In this document: positions 52,963 to 62,175 of the stretch, piece by piece
Position numbering within the stretch: position 1 is the stretch's first letter
Layout of the letters: every line of letters begins with the position of its first letter
IMG/VR virus record: IMGVR_UViG_3300037423_000603
Reading direction: 5' to 3' (one strand)
DNA length: 64,000 nt
DNA from: a virus
Program-made: the position numbers and the translations under genes
The notes under the pieces: model-generated
What the model was told of the DNA's origin: nothing
The model's database searches: none
The model's input: the letters and a program-made list of their open reading frames with translations, nothing else

Positions 52963-53709
52963 TCAGCCGGCCCTCATGCTGTCGGCGTAGGCATTGCCCT
53001 TGACAGGCTTGTCACCAGGGAACTCGTCGGCGGACTGTTGATCGATCAGCTTACGCTTCGCCGTGCCGAAGTCCTGCTGCATGGCTTCGATCCATGCGCC
53101 GTTCCAGTCGTCCTTGCGGGCCTTGGCGACCCAGACCTTGTAGAGCGTGTCGAGCGCCAGGGTCGTGCCGCACTCGCTGATCTCGTGCCGCCATTGCTTC
53201 GGCAGATCATCGCCGCGCGCATCGACTTCCTTGCGCATGGATGAACTGGTGCGTGCCGCACCCTTGACGAACGACCATGGATCGGCGGTCCAGCGCTTCC
53301 ACTGTTTCTTGCCGTTCCATTCGGAGGTCTCACAGGGCACCCATGGAGCCTCCAGGGCGTAGAGATAGCGCCCGATACCCCACTTCACCGCGGCACGCTT
53401 CAGCGCGTCTGAAATGGCCCCCTTTTCGGCCTCGACGTCGCTATCGCCGGCGCCGTCCGCCTTGGTTATCCATTCGCCATCGACGCGGATCGACAGGTAG
53501 CAGATGGTCCTGGCGCCGTGGAATTCGTAGCGGTCCTGCCATTCCGACGCGCCAAGCACCGAGTCCAGCCGATCCATCACGTCGCGGGCGTCGATATAGG
53601 CAAGCGCCATCGCCTTGGTGCCGTCCTTGGTGACGGACTGCGCGCGCCAGCTAATGGCATCTCGAGGAAATTCGGCGAATAGAAGCTTGATGTCTTCAGC
53701 GGTCGGCAT
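52963..53709 (-). CDS. Rad52/Rad22-family (Sak) single-strand annealing protein
   Basis: LAYIDARDVMDRLD, KGAISDALKRAAVKWGIGRYLY. Confidence 0.92.
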   Translation of the reverse strand: MPTAEDIKLLFAEFPRDAISWRAQSVTKDGTKAMALAYIDARDVMDRLDSVLGASEWQDRYEFHGARTICYLSIRVDGEWITKADGAGDSDVEAEKGAISDALKRAAVKWGIGRYLYALEAPWVPCETSEWNGKKQWKRWTADPWSFVKGAARTSSSMRKEVDARGDDLPKQWRHEISECGTTLALDTLYKVWVAKARKDDWNGAWIEAMQQDFGTAKRKLIDQQSADEFPGDKPVKGNAYADSMRAG

Positions 53710-54389
53710 CACGCGGCCTCCCCATAAGCAACGAGCATCCGGCGATGGATTTCGCGGGTGCGCTCGACGTCGGCCCGGCAATAGGAGGCGATGCGGTCAT
53801 ATTCGCCGGCCGCCCATAGGTCTCCGATCATGGAGCCGTCGATATCGCCTTTCCCCTCCATCCCGAGAGCTAGGCAAAGACGATCCATGCCGATGGTGTT
53901 CCGCTGGCCGGCGAAAGCCGTCATCGTATCGAAGCAGTCGGCGCCCCACGGTTTCGGATCGCGCGGGAACCATGACGGCATCCTGATGCCCAGAACGATC
54001 GCGCGCTGCCAGAGGAACCGGATATCGAAATTAATTACGTTGTGGCCGATGATGGTGACGGGCGCATATGTTTCGGTCTGCACCTTCACGGCCCATGACG
54101 CGAGCACGCTTCGGATCGATTCCGCTTCGTCGGCGGCATCCTCGATCCACTGGCTTGTCGAATAGCCATCGTCCCACGCCCACCCGATGCAGCATACATG
54201 CCCTACAGAGCCGTCCAGTGCCGTCTTGGCGATGGCATCCTTTGTTGCCGCTGGCTTCTCGTCACGCTCCCACGCCGCTATCGTGTCGGCTTTCTTGTAA
54301 TTTGCCGGCGGCTTGATGGTGTCGGCGATCCGCGCATGGACTTCGGAGGATTGCGACGGAATCGTTTCGATATCGAGGTAAAGGAACAT
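53709..54389 (-). CDS. 3'-5' exonuclease (DEDD, PolB-exo-like)
   Basis: LDIET (ExoI), GHNVINFD (ExoII), YCRADV (ExoIII). Confidence 0.88.
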   Translation of the reverse strand: MFLYLDIETIPSQSSEVHARIADTIKPPANYKKADTIAAWERDEKPAATKDAIAKTALDGSVGHVCCIGWAWDDGYSTSQWIEDAADEAESIRSVLASWAVKVQTETYAPVTIIGHNVINFDIRFLWQRAIVLGIRMPSWFPRDPKPWGADCFDTMTAFAGQRNTIGMDRLCLALGMEGKGDIDGSMIGDLWAAGEYDRIASYCRADVERTREIHRRMLVAYGEAA

Positions 54390-54390
54390 G

Positions 54391-54609
54391 TCAGTTCTCC
54401 TGCGATGCAAGCCTAACGGCGGTGGCGTAGTGACGCCAGAAACGGATGGCGCGACGCAACTCCAACCGATGGGCAAAGCGCCATCCCGGTTCTTTGAAGC
54501 GAAGCAGACGGGCCGCGTTCTCTCGGCACATCTTGGCGGTCTGGAAATCGGCATCCGCGCGGAACCGCTCAACAAAATCCGGGATGCGCGATAGATCGGC
54601 TTGCGTCAC
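54391..54609 (-). CDS. Hypothetical protein (near-identical to 76..285)
   Basis: Near-identical DNA. Confidence 0.75.
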   Translation of the reverse strand: MTQADLSRIPDFVERFRADADFQTAKMCRENAARLLRFKEPGWRFAHRLELRRAIRFWRHYATAVRLASQEN

Positions 54610-54833
54610 GCCGCTCTCCTGCGTTCGTTCTCGATCTCATCCGCCAGCGCGCTGAACCGCGCGGCTTCGTTAAGCTGGTGCTTGGCTTCGGCGATCTCGC
54701 CGGCATCGAGGCAAGCGTTGGCCCATCGACGGGCGCGCAGCGTCATGGCTCTGTACTGTCCTGCCGGCCTCGGCATATCGAAGTCGTAGAGCGCTCCCGC
54801 TTGGGCATACATGGCGGTCATGTGGTCGGTCAT
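54606..54833 (-). CDS. Hypothetical protein (paralogue of 282..533)
   Basis: Shared motifs. Confidence 0.75.
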   Translation of the reverse strand: MTDHMTAMYAQAGALYDFDMPRPAGQYRAMTLRARRWANACLDAGEIAEAKHQLNEAARFSALADEIENERRRAA

Positions 54834-55237
54834 GCTCTGCCACCCATGTCGCCGTTAATGGACGTCTTGCCGACCTGAACGCTGGCAGTAGAATTGCCAT
54901 CGATATGATGCGCGATAGTCTCAGCCGCCTTCTCAAGGATGGCGTTCAGGACATCGGTCGGCTCAAACTCGGTGTTGTCGGCGAAGCTCCAAAGCATCGA
55001 CCCGATAGCGGCGCCGGCGGCCTGGATGAGCAATTCGATGTCGACGCCCTTGTTGACCTGGCGAAGTTGCCAGAGGGCGAACTGGACTTGCGTTTCCTGA
55101 CAATCGATCTGCGCGTCAACAAACTGGTGGTCGCGCTTCTTCATGGAGGATGGCCGCGGCATGTCGTTCATGCCGACGAAACTGGCGCGGATGGTGCGCT
55201 CGGCTTCCGTCATGTCGTAGTGGACGTGATCCATCAC
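54830..55237 (-). CDS. Hypothetical protein occupying the slot held by the HAD gene in prophage 1
   Basis: Coupled ORF between shared flanking genes. Confidence 0.65.
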   Translation of the reverse strand: MMDHVHYDMTEAERTIRASFVGMNDMPRPSSMKKRDHQFVDAQIDCQETQVQFALWQLRQVNKGVDIELLIQAAGAAIGSMLWSFADNTEFEPTDVLNAILEKAAETIAHHIDGNSTASVQVGKTSINGDMGGRA

Positions 55238-55638
55238 ACTCCCCTCAGCCCTGCGATCTGGCGATCGATCCGCGCCTTGCGGGCCGGCACTTCCATGTGA
55301 GCTGGCGAATAGTCGAGACGGTCGCGCTCGGCTTCTAGCCTGGCGATCGCCTTCGCTTTTTGTGCCGGCGTCATCTGCATGAGCGAAGCAATTTGCTCGT
55401 CATGCTTGCGCTGGTCTTCTGCAGCGAGAAACAGCCGGTATTCGATATCTTCGACGCAGGCCCGCACGGCGCTGGAAAGGCACCAGTGATGGCTCTGATG
55501 GCCGATCCAGGCGATGTAGTCGCCATGTGCCGGCATGGTGATCACGCGGCTCTCGTGGCCTAGGCGGACTTCCCAGCGACCGGGACTGGTTTCGACGTAG
55601 CTCGCCTCGCTGGCGGTGGTCGGGGTGTGCGCGGTCAT
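55234..55638 (-). CDS. Hypothetical protein (paralogue of 1150..1560)
   Basis: Shared termini. Confidence 0.75.
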   Translation of the reverse strand: MTAHTPTTASEASYVETSPGRWEVRLGHESRVITMPAHGDYIAWIGHQSHHWCLSSAVRACVEDIEYRLFLAAEDQRKHDEQIASLMQMTPAQKAKAIARLEAERDRLDYSPAHMEVPARKARIDRQIAGLRGV

Positions 55639-55931
55639 GGCTGGGTGCCTTCGGCTTTGGCGATGACAGCTTCAATCCTGTCCAGCAAATCGCTGGCTCG
55701 GTTGAACGGCTGCACGAAGTCGGCGCATTCGTTCAGGATGGTCAGCATGTCGGGAGCAGCGGCGATCAGGCGGGCGTTTGCTTCCGCTTTACCGCTGGTG
55801 TCTTGCGGCAGTTGGCAAACGAAATAGTGCTCGCCAGCCCGAACAATGTGCGTGTACGCGTCAGACTCTTCTTGGTAGCGCCACGGCCCAGGCGTGAATT
55901 TCGTCGCTTCGCTCATAGTCGTATCCTTCAC
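55635..55931 (-). CDS. TPGPW/ANARLIAAAP-family protein (paralogue of 1557..1838)
   Basis: Shared motifs. Confidence 0.8.
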   Translation of the reverse strand: MKDTTMSEATKFTPGPWRYQEESDAYTHIVRAGEHYFVCQLPQDTSGKAEANARLIAAAPDMLTILNECADFVQPFNRASDLLDRIEAVIAKAEGTQP

Positions 55932-55946
55932 CTGGCTTGCTGGGAG

Positions 55947-56486
55947 CTATGCGGCGTCGTCTTCGAACCGTTCGACGCCCCACAGAAGTTTGTGCATGCG
56001 CCGATGCTCTTCCTCGGGCGCCTGTTCCTCGCTCCACGGCTGATCTCCGAGGCCGTCCGAATAGGTTGTGAACCGACCGACCTTGGCACTGATCGCGCCC
56101 TCATCTAAGTAGCTGTATTCGAAGCGCAATTCGCCGATGTGCCAGAGCGCCAGCAGCCAGCCGTAAGGCGTTGACCACGCCGTTTGGAACGTCAGAGTGA
56201 GCGTGTCGTCAGTCGTGGCGATGGTCTTGTAGCGGCCGCCTTCATCGATGCCGTAGGCGTTCCACTTCGTGCCCCAATTGGCGCGCGCCCAGTCGAGAGC
56301 GTTGCCGGGGAAAACGGCGTGCTTCTGGCCGACGCTGCCCTGCCAGATGTTGCTCGGGATCGGTAGAAGCGTGCCGAAGTCGATGGGGCTCTCAGGCCCG
56401 CGACAAAGCGCCAAGATCGCGCCCTGCTGGTCGGCGTCGATGTTCTTGAAGCGGATTTCAGTCAGGACGTGGTTCGGCATCATCAT
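55947..56486 (-). CDS. YubB/DUF1281-like ferredoxin-fold protein
   Basis: MPNHV, WARANWGTKWNA, LTFQTAWSTP. Confidence 0.8.
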   Translation of the reverse strand: MMMPNHVLTEIRFKNIDADQQGAILALCRGPESPIDFGTLLPIPSNIWQGSVGQKHAVFPGNALDWARANWGTKWNAYGIDEGGRYKTIATTDDTLTLTFQTAWSTPYGWLLALWHIGELRFEYSYLDEGAISAKVGRFTTYSDGLGDQPWSEEQAPEEEHRRMHKLLWGVERFEDDAA

Positions 56487-56525
56487 CTTCCTTCGTTTAC
56501 CCAGAGCATCAGGAGCGGGGAGGGG

Positions 56526-56735
56526 CTAAGGGGCGGCATCCCAATCTTTGGAAATTGCGCTTTCCGCTTCGTCACGGCTCACGCCATCCGCGATGCGATG
56601 GCCCGATCCATCAATTGACCAGACCGTGAATTTGCCGCTGTCTTCGTGGATGCAGTGCCCCGTGTCCTCAACGCCCCGATAGGACGAGCCGAACGAGCCG
56701 TTCCGGCGCATGTAAATTTTGGCGACTTGGCTCAT
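56526..56735 (-). CDS. Small hypothetical protein
   Basis: Start MSQVAKIY after GGAGAG RBS. Confidence 0.5.
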   Translation of the reverse strand: MSQVAKIYMRRNGSFGSSYRGVEDTGHCIHEDSGKFTVWSIDGSGHRIADGVSRDEAESAISKDWDAAP

Positions 56736-56791
56736 CTCGTCTCTCCTGCTTCTTCCCATCGGCCCGAGGGCTTGTTACGTGGTGTGGTGGG

Positions 56792-57439
56792 TTAGGCGGC
56801 GGCTCGCTGTTGGTGGTTCGCCGCGAACACAGCCCGAGAAAACCCGAGCGGGGTTGCCGAGCGGAAGTCTGCGCGATCTGCCGAAGGCGGGGCCTTGTGG
56901 ATGCGGTCGTCAGGCTTTCCGAGCCACGGGGCCGGCTGCTTGGGCGGCATCACAAAACCGTTGTGAGCCCAAATGCATGTCTTCTTGGTGTAGTTGTCGT
57001 CTTCGCAGAGAGCCGCGTAGTCGGACGGATCAAAGTAGAAGTCCGGCTTGCCGATATGCGGGATGCTGGAAAGGACGCCGACCGGGTTCTCGTTGAACGA
57101 CGGTGCGCCAGACCAGCGAAGCACCTGCCGACCGGCCTCGAACATCTCCAAGGCGTCGCGCAGCATGTAGCTGCCCTTCTTGAGGAAATCCCTTGCGCCC
57201 GATCCCGAGACATGGGTGCATGGCGACCAGCAAGCGCCGAATGCGACGTGCCGTCCTGCAGGCGGGGACCAGTTGCGAACGTCACCCCACACGTAGTGGA
57301 TGACGCCAGCACCTACCCGCTCTTCGCGGTCGCGGCGGATCGAATGCTCGATATCAACGCAGTAGCATTCGTATCCGGCTGCGGCCCAAGGGTGAACGAA
57401 GATGCCGGTCAGATCGCAAAGAGAGACAACGACTGACAT
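56792..57439 (-). CDS. Phage C5-cytosine methyltransferase-like protein (compact)
   Basis: VVSLCDLTG, CVDI, SPCTH (PC), ENPVG, YTKKTCIW, RSATP.GF. Confidence 0.7.
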   Translation of the reverse strand: MSVVVSLCDLTGIFVHPWAAAGYECYCVDIEHSIRRDREERVGAGVIHYVWGDVRNWSPPAGRHVAFGACWSPCTHVSGSGARDFLKKGSYMLRDALEMFEAGRQVLRWSGAPSFNENPVGVLSSIPHIGKPDFYFDPSDYAALCEDDNYTKKTCIWAHNGFVMPPKQPAPWLGKPDDRIHKAPPSADRADFRSATPLGFSRAVFAANHQQRAAA

Positions 57440-57645
57440 CACCGGCCCCACTTCTTCGCCAGTCTGGCGACGGCATCGGCAGGCGACTTACCAGCGTCGA
57501 ACATCGGCTCGACTTCGGACATGAGCGTCGGAGGAAGGCCGCGCTCCTGCGCAAGCGACTCGACCTCGAAATGCCAGTAACTGAACGCCGCGACCGGAGA
57601 CGCGAATTTCAGACTGTCCAGAAAATCGGCTGCTGCGTTCATCAT
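57439..57645 (-). CDS. Small hypothetical protein
   Basis: RBS AAGGAG; coupled. Confidence 0.6.
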   Translation of the reverse strand: MMNAAADFLDSLKFASPVAAFSYWHFEVESLAQERGLPPTLMSEVEPMFDAGKSPADAVARLAKKWGR

Positions 57646-57696
57646 CGTTCTCCTTCATCGACCGTCGGCGCGGGGCGCTGTGTGGTCTGTTGGGGT

Positions 57697-57900
57697 TCAG
57701 GCTGCTCGGCAAAGCACGATGTCGACCGAATGCCCGTCGACCTTTTCCTCGACCAGCTTCACGCTGCCGAACCGGTTGCCGTTCTCGTCCTCGACGTTGA
57801 CCGTCGCCAGATCGATGCCGGCGTCTTCAATGTCCTGCAGGAACTCGGCCAGGGTCTGCGCCTTGTCGGTAAGCGGCCGGTGGTCGGTGACGATCTTCAT
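57697..57900 (-). CDS. Small acidic protein, first gene of the PL operon
   Basis: MKIVTDHRPL start after GAGG RBS. Confidence 0.6.
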   Translation of the reverse strand: MKIVTDHRPLTDKAQTLAEFLQDIEDAGIDLATVNVEDENGNRFGSVKLVEEKVDGHSVDIVLCRAA

Positions 57901-57930
57901 GGCGGCGTCCTCTGTTGTTGAGGACCATAT

Positions 57931-58011
57931 TCGCGATAATCGCAAAGATAGTCAAGCGAAAAGATCGCGATAATCGCAAAAATGTTGACACGACATTTGC
58001 GAAGGCGCAAA
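57931..58011. promoter_or_regulatory. Left operator/PL of prophage 2
   Basis: TCGCGATAATCGCAAA at 57931 and 57965; TTTGCGAAGGCGCAAA at 57996; minus-strand TTGACT. Confidence 0.8.
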
Positions 58012-58599
58012 AGAAAAGCGCCGGCGGGATGATCCGCACGGCGCGCGAGGCAAGGTCAAAAGTCGATGCCGTTATACCGTAACAGTCAGCGGTCCGCAAC
58101 GGAAATCACCGCCTCGCGGCGCAAAATTCGCAACATCTTGCGTCTGCTCGGAGGTTCCCGGCAAGACATTGCGTCTAGAGCGCTTAAGGCGGCGGTTTTT
58201 TCTGAGGTGTCTCCCGCCTGCTCCGATCATCCGGCGCATGAAACCTCACGCGGTTCCAGGTTCAGCATAAACCTGGCGGTTGAGACGGGTAGGCGCCGTC
58301 CGAATGCTTTGGATGCGAGCTGAGGAGTAAACCGCGCGACATACCCTCAAGCTCTTGAGACGGCCTGGTCCACCGGCGGAACGGACAGCGCGGGATATCT
58401 CAACTTCATAGCATCTCGACCCGTCAGCATAGGGCTGGGTCGTAAGGGCGGAACCCCTTGGGCTTGAGGGTGAACGTCTTGATAGGTCGAGGTGCGTCTA
58501 CATTTCAGGATGAAGCATATGCGCGCGAGGGAATTTCCGTGGCGGGACGATAGCCGAACGATCAACAGATTTCCGCGGTGCCGCGCGTATTTGAAGGCC

Positions 58600-58980
58600 A
58601 TGCGGATCAAGTTCGATGACCCGTCACAGACGGATTACTGGCTGGCTGTTTCGATGTCGGATGCCTTCACGGAAAAGACCCTGGCCAAGCACGGAATCAG
58701 CTTCGACACGATGAGGGGTGCAACGCTTCTCACGGCTTTCGAGGGCATCCTTGCCGCAGAGGCCAAACCGAAGAAGCCAATCAAGGCCAAGGCGGCTACC
58801 ACACTAATAGCCGGTCTTGAGCAAATAACCGCTGCTGTAAGCGACGCGGAGATTCGCGCGGCCATGACGCCCAAGGGTGGGTGGAAGGCCAAGACGCTGG
58901 CAGGGTGGGGCGTTACATGGCCGCCGCCGCACGGATGGCGCCGGAGGCTTGTCGAAAACTTCGAGGCCCAAGCCGGCTAG
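58600..58980 (+). CDS. Hypothetical protein with C-terminal TPKGGW..LAGWGVTWPPPHGW motif
   Basis: RBS GAAGG; convergent with cI. Confidence 0.65.
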   Translation: MRIKFDDPSQTDYWLAVSMSDAFTEKTLAKHGISFDTMRGATLLTAFEGILAAEAKPKKPIKAKAATTLIAGLEQITAAVSDAEIRAAMTPKGGWKAKTLAGWGVTWPPPHGWRRRLVENFEAQAG

Positions 58981-59579
58981 CGCGGCTCCATGCTCTTCAC
59001 CTTAGCAGCCCAGACGATCTCGACATCGTTGATCGTCGGCTCGGTGTTCGAATCGAGATGGAAAAAGCCTGGCGTCTTGGCGCGGCGGATACGCTTGACC
59101 AGCACGCGGTCATCTGGAAGGCCGACTACGCATAGCACTCCGATCATGTCGGGCGTCACCGGCGAGCGCACGTCGTCATAATAGACCAGCCATTGATCGA
59201 AGAGGGCGCCCAGACTCTCGCCTCGGATCTGAACGGCAACCGTGTCAGGCGTCATTCCCTTGGGGGCCTTCACCCGCTCAAGCTCGCCCTGGGTGTCGGC
59301 GTAGAAGTGGGCGGCAGCGCCGGCGCCGACATAACCGACAAGCGGGACGGTCTCATCGTCCTCGAACGATTCGTGCTCGACGCCGAAGAATTCGCGCATC
59401 TTCTCCAGCTCATGCGCGCGTATCTCCCGAGTTTCCTTGTTCGGGTCGGTATTCATCATACGCGTGATGGCGTCAGGACGCACGTTGAGAAACTTGGCCA
59501 GCGCGCCCTTTGCACCATGGCCGCGCTTCGCCAGTTCGGCCTGACCCCAAAGCCGGATTTCTCGCTGCGGGTCGCTCAT
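58977..59579 (-). CDS. cI: CI repressor of prophage 2 (HTH plus S24 autocleavage peptidase)
   Basis: LAKFLNVRPDAITRM HTH; VGYVGAG; IRGESL (Ser); VLVKRI (Lys). Confidence 0.9.
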   Translation of the reverse strand: MSDPQREIRLWGQAELAKRGHGAKGALAKFLNVRPDAITRMMNTDPNKETREIRAHELEKMREFFGVEHESFEDDETVPLVGYVGAGAAAHFYADTQGELERVKAPKGMTPDTVAVQIRGESLGALFDQWLVYYDDVRSPVTPDMIGVLCVVGLPDDRVLVKRIRRAKTPGFFHLDSNTEPTINDVEIVWAAKVKSMEPR

Positions 59580-59589
59580 GGCGCGATAT

Positions 59590-59662
59590 TCGCGATGCTC
59601 GCAAAAATTCCTATCGCGAAGTTCGCGAAAATCGCTTGACATAAAGTCGCGATAATCGCAAA
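59590..59662. promoter_or_regulatory. Right operator/PR of prophage 2
   Basis: TCGCGATGCTCGCAAA, TCGCGAAGTTCGCGAA, TCGCGATAATCGCAAA around TTGACA (59636). Confidence 0.85.
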
Positions 59663-59672
59663 TATAGCGGGC

Positions 59673-59906
59673 ATGAGCGATACCCATCTCAATCCGGCCA
59701 AATCAGTCATCGCCAAAATCGGCATCGACAAGGTGTGCGCAATCACCGGGAAGCACGTCTCGCGCGTGTACCGGTGGATGTACCCGAAGGAGCGCGGCGG
59801 CACGGGCGGCCGCGTCCCCCAGGAAGATGCCGAGAAGCTGCTTGCTTACGCCAAGGATAAGAGCATCGACCTCTCGCCTGCAGACTTCTTTGCCGACGCG
59901 GCGTGA
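59673..59906 (+). CDS. cro: Cro-like protein
   Basis: IDKVCAITGKHVSRVYRWMYPKERGGTGGRVP. Confidence 0.85.
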   Translation: MSDTHLNPAKSVIAKIGIDKVCAITGKHVSRVYRWMYPKERGGTGGRVPQEDAEKLLAYAKDKSIDLSPADFFADAA

Positions 59907-59908
59907 CC

Positions 59909-60199
59909 TCAATGCTGGATGAAGTGATCTCCCTCGACCAGTTTCACCGCCAGTTCCCGCGCGGTCTTCAAGATCGCAAGCTGAGCATCGGCGTTCGACA
60001 TGATGATGTGAACTCTCGGGACGTAAATTACCCTGTCGCCCACCCGGCGCTCGGCTACGAGAACATGGCGCGAAACCGTGCCCATATTCTCGATACGACC
60101 GACACCAGAAACGAAATACTCCGGCACGGCGGCCGGTTCGAAAATGCTCAATTGCGCCTCCCAAACAAGCGGGGAGGTTGTTGTTGGTCTTCCCCGCAC
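59909..60199 (-). CDS. Antisense hypothetical protein after cro
   Basis: Protein-like composition (PEYFVSGVGRIE..RVHIIMS). Confidence 0.5.
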   Translation of the reverse strand: MRGRPTTTSPLVWEAQLSIFEPAAVPEYFVSGVGRIENMGTVSRHVLVAERRVGDRVIYVPRVHIIMSNADAQLAILKTARELAVKLVEGDHFIQH

Positions 60200-60422
60200 G
60201 TGAAGGCTGAAACGGATCGGCTGTCGGCTTCAAGCGCATTTCAGCAACTGTTCACCTTAAGCTCAGCTTATCAACAATCAATTGTTAACGACTGTAACCA
60301 GCGCGTGAACTTCTCGCGCGGCGGTTTCATGAGGGGTGACTAATGTCTTCTGCCCCAAAGGCAATTCGCCGCAATCGGCCCATCCTCGGGCATTCGTCTT
60401 CCCATTCGATGGAGTCCTGTTC

Positions 60423-60641
60423 ATGAGCGAGCCAATCACTTGCATCGTCTTCAAAGAGTGGACTTCCGACATGGCCGACGCGGCATATGAGTTCGCGGCT
60501 CAAATGAGTGACGAAGGCGAGCGTCAAGCAACGATTGTCGGGATGCTCCATATCGCCTGGCCCCGTCTGCTTGAGGCGTCCAGCCGCAGCTACGTCGCCG
60601 CCCTCCACTCCAAGACAGCAGACAGCGAGGCGGCGAAGTGA
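60423..60641 (+). CDS. Hypothetical protein
   Basis: MSEPITC start; tail AALHSKTADSEAAK shared with 5504..5734. Confidence 0.5.
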   Translation: MSEPITCIVFKEWTSDMADAAYEFAAQMSDEGERQATIVGMLHIAWPRLLEASSRSYVAALHSKTADSEAAK

Positions 60642-60652
60642 GCGCCTCATCA

Positions 60653-61114
60653 TCAACCCCGACGCGCGTTGCCGCTCGAAAACGGCACCGTAAACCCGCC
60701 GGCTACCTCATTCGCGTCAAGGCGCGGGCAGGGGGTAGTGACGACCGAGATTCCTCCCCTCGGGCCGGCATTTTGTCGATTAGAGTCAACCTGCCCGCAA
60801 ACCAATCCGTTGCCGTCCTCCCCACTTCCGGCAATTGGATCTCTGCCGTTTCCTCCCTCGGCAGAGTGACTGCGGCCAGAGTTCTTGAGCGCGGCGGACC
60901 CCTTAGTTGCGCTCGAACTCTGGCCGCTATTTTCCAAGGCTACGCAGGGACAGGCGGCCTCGGAACTGCAATCTTGGCCGGTGCCAAGTCCACCACCGGC
61001 AAGTGTTTTTCTCTTCTTCGCGCGCTCGTCCAGCTTCGCCAAAAGTCTACGAGCTGCGTCTTCCATGCTCTCGAATTCCCGCCAGTCGGGCTCCCTTCGT
61101 TGCTTGCTGCTCAT
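60653..61114 (-). CDS. Antisense hypothetical protein (homologue of 5740..6159)
   Basis: DWREFESMEDAARRLLAKLDER motif. Confidence 0.55.
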   Translation of the reverse strand: MSSKQRREPDWREFESMEDAARRLLAKLDERAKKRKTLAGGGLGTGQDCSSEAACPCVALENSGQSSSATKGSAALKNSGRSHSAEGGNGRDPIAGSGEDGNGLVCGQVDSNRQNAGPRGGISVVTTPCPRLDANEVAGGFTVPFSSGNARRG

Positions 61115-61175
61115 GAAAGCAACGTAGCAAAGGGTTTATGTCATGAGCGGCAAGTCACATGTAAAGGGTAACAAA

Positions 61176-61532
61176 ATGTCTGTGATCGATATCAACGATC
61201 CGATGTTTGCAGGCAGAAGCGCCAAGAAAATGGCGTCAGACCTGCTGGGGAAGTACCATCGTGGTCCGGGGGACAACATCGAGACCGCAGCATACCGTAT
61301 TCAAAGCGAGTGTGGGGTAGACGCCGATATCATTCTGCAGGGGTGGAACAGACCGCCGAGGGGGATGCTTACTCATCGTTGGCTTCCTCTTTTCCAAGCC
61401 TGGTGTGCGGCCGGCTTTGCGAGAGCTGATAGAGCGTACGACGAGGAAAGGGCGCGCCATGATGACACTTCGGCGCTTGTTAGGCTGGCTGATCTTGTGG
61501 CTGGCAAGAAAGCTGAGAGGGAAATGAAATGA
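61176..61532 (+). CDS. CII-like phage regulatory protein (putative)
   Basis: Syntenic with 6191..6574; DNIETAAYRIQSECGV. Confidence 0.5.
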   Translation: MSVIDINDPMFAGRSAKKMASDLLGKYHRGPGDNIETAAYRIQSECGVDADIILQGWNRPPRGMLTHRWLPLFQAWCAAGFARADRAYDEERARHDDTSALVRLADLVAGKKAEREMK

Positions 61533-61969
61533 GCGACATATCTGAGAAACTGTTTGACGAGACGGTACGCGTCGAAGCGATCATTTGGATTCCGGGCGCG
61601 GTGGCCGACCCGGAATCTACGCCAGATGCTTTTCGGGAAGGTTTTTTCGAGGATATCATCGACGGCAACACCGACGAACTTATGCGCTCTCTGCCGGGCC
61701 TGAAACGAGCGTTGAAAGACTCGGAATTTGCGGAAGTTATAGATGTCGCCGAGGCGCTTCTGTTCGTTCCCGGCTTCCTTGTGAAACTCGCTACGCCCAT
61801 CAGGGAATTCTATGCCGACGGCGGGTCTAGCTTCTCGTGGGGATGTTGCCGAACTGGCTGGATTTATGTCGAGAAGGAAGTCGACCTTGAGCCATCTGTC
61901 ATAAATTGGGCTCGGGCCGAAGTCGGGCGGCAAAAGGCGAAAGCCGCCGCAAAGGCTGACGCAGCATGA
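61529..61969 (+). CDS. Hypothetical protein
   Basis: Coupled ORF, acidic. Confidence 0.65.
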   Translation: MSDISEKLFDETVRVEAIIWIPGAVADPESTPDAFREGFFEDIIDGNTDELMRSLPGLKRALKDSEFAEVIDVAEALLFVPGFLVKLATPIREFYADGGSSFSWGCCRTGWIYVEKEVDLEPSVINWARAEVGRQKAKAAAKADAA

Positions 61970-62154
61970 AGCGCAAGACCATCGCCACGCTCGACGGCAT
62001 CTTCGTGCTCAACGAACTCACCGGCTTCTATGAGCCACAGACCGACGAGCCAGAAAACCACGGCCGCTGGCCTCTCTTGCACTACGCATTCCTAGCCGTC
62101 GCCGTGATCGCCATTGGCTACTGCATCGCCAAGGCTATTCACGCTCTCGCATGA
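61966..62154 (+). CDS. Small membrane protein (paralogue of 6578..6763)
   Basis: MKRKTIATLDGIFVL identical start. Confidence 0.7.
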   Translation: MKRKTIATLDGIFVLNELTGFYEPQTDEPENHGRWPLLHYAFLAVAVIAIGYCIAKAIHALA

Positions 62155-62175
62155 GCAACATGGTTTGAGGGGCAC

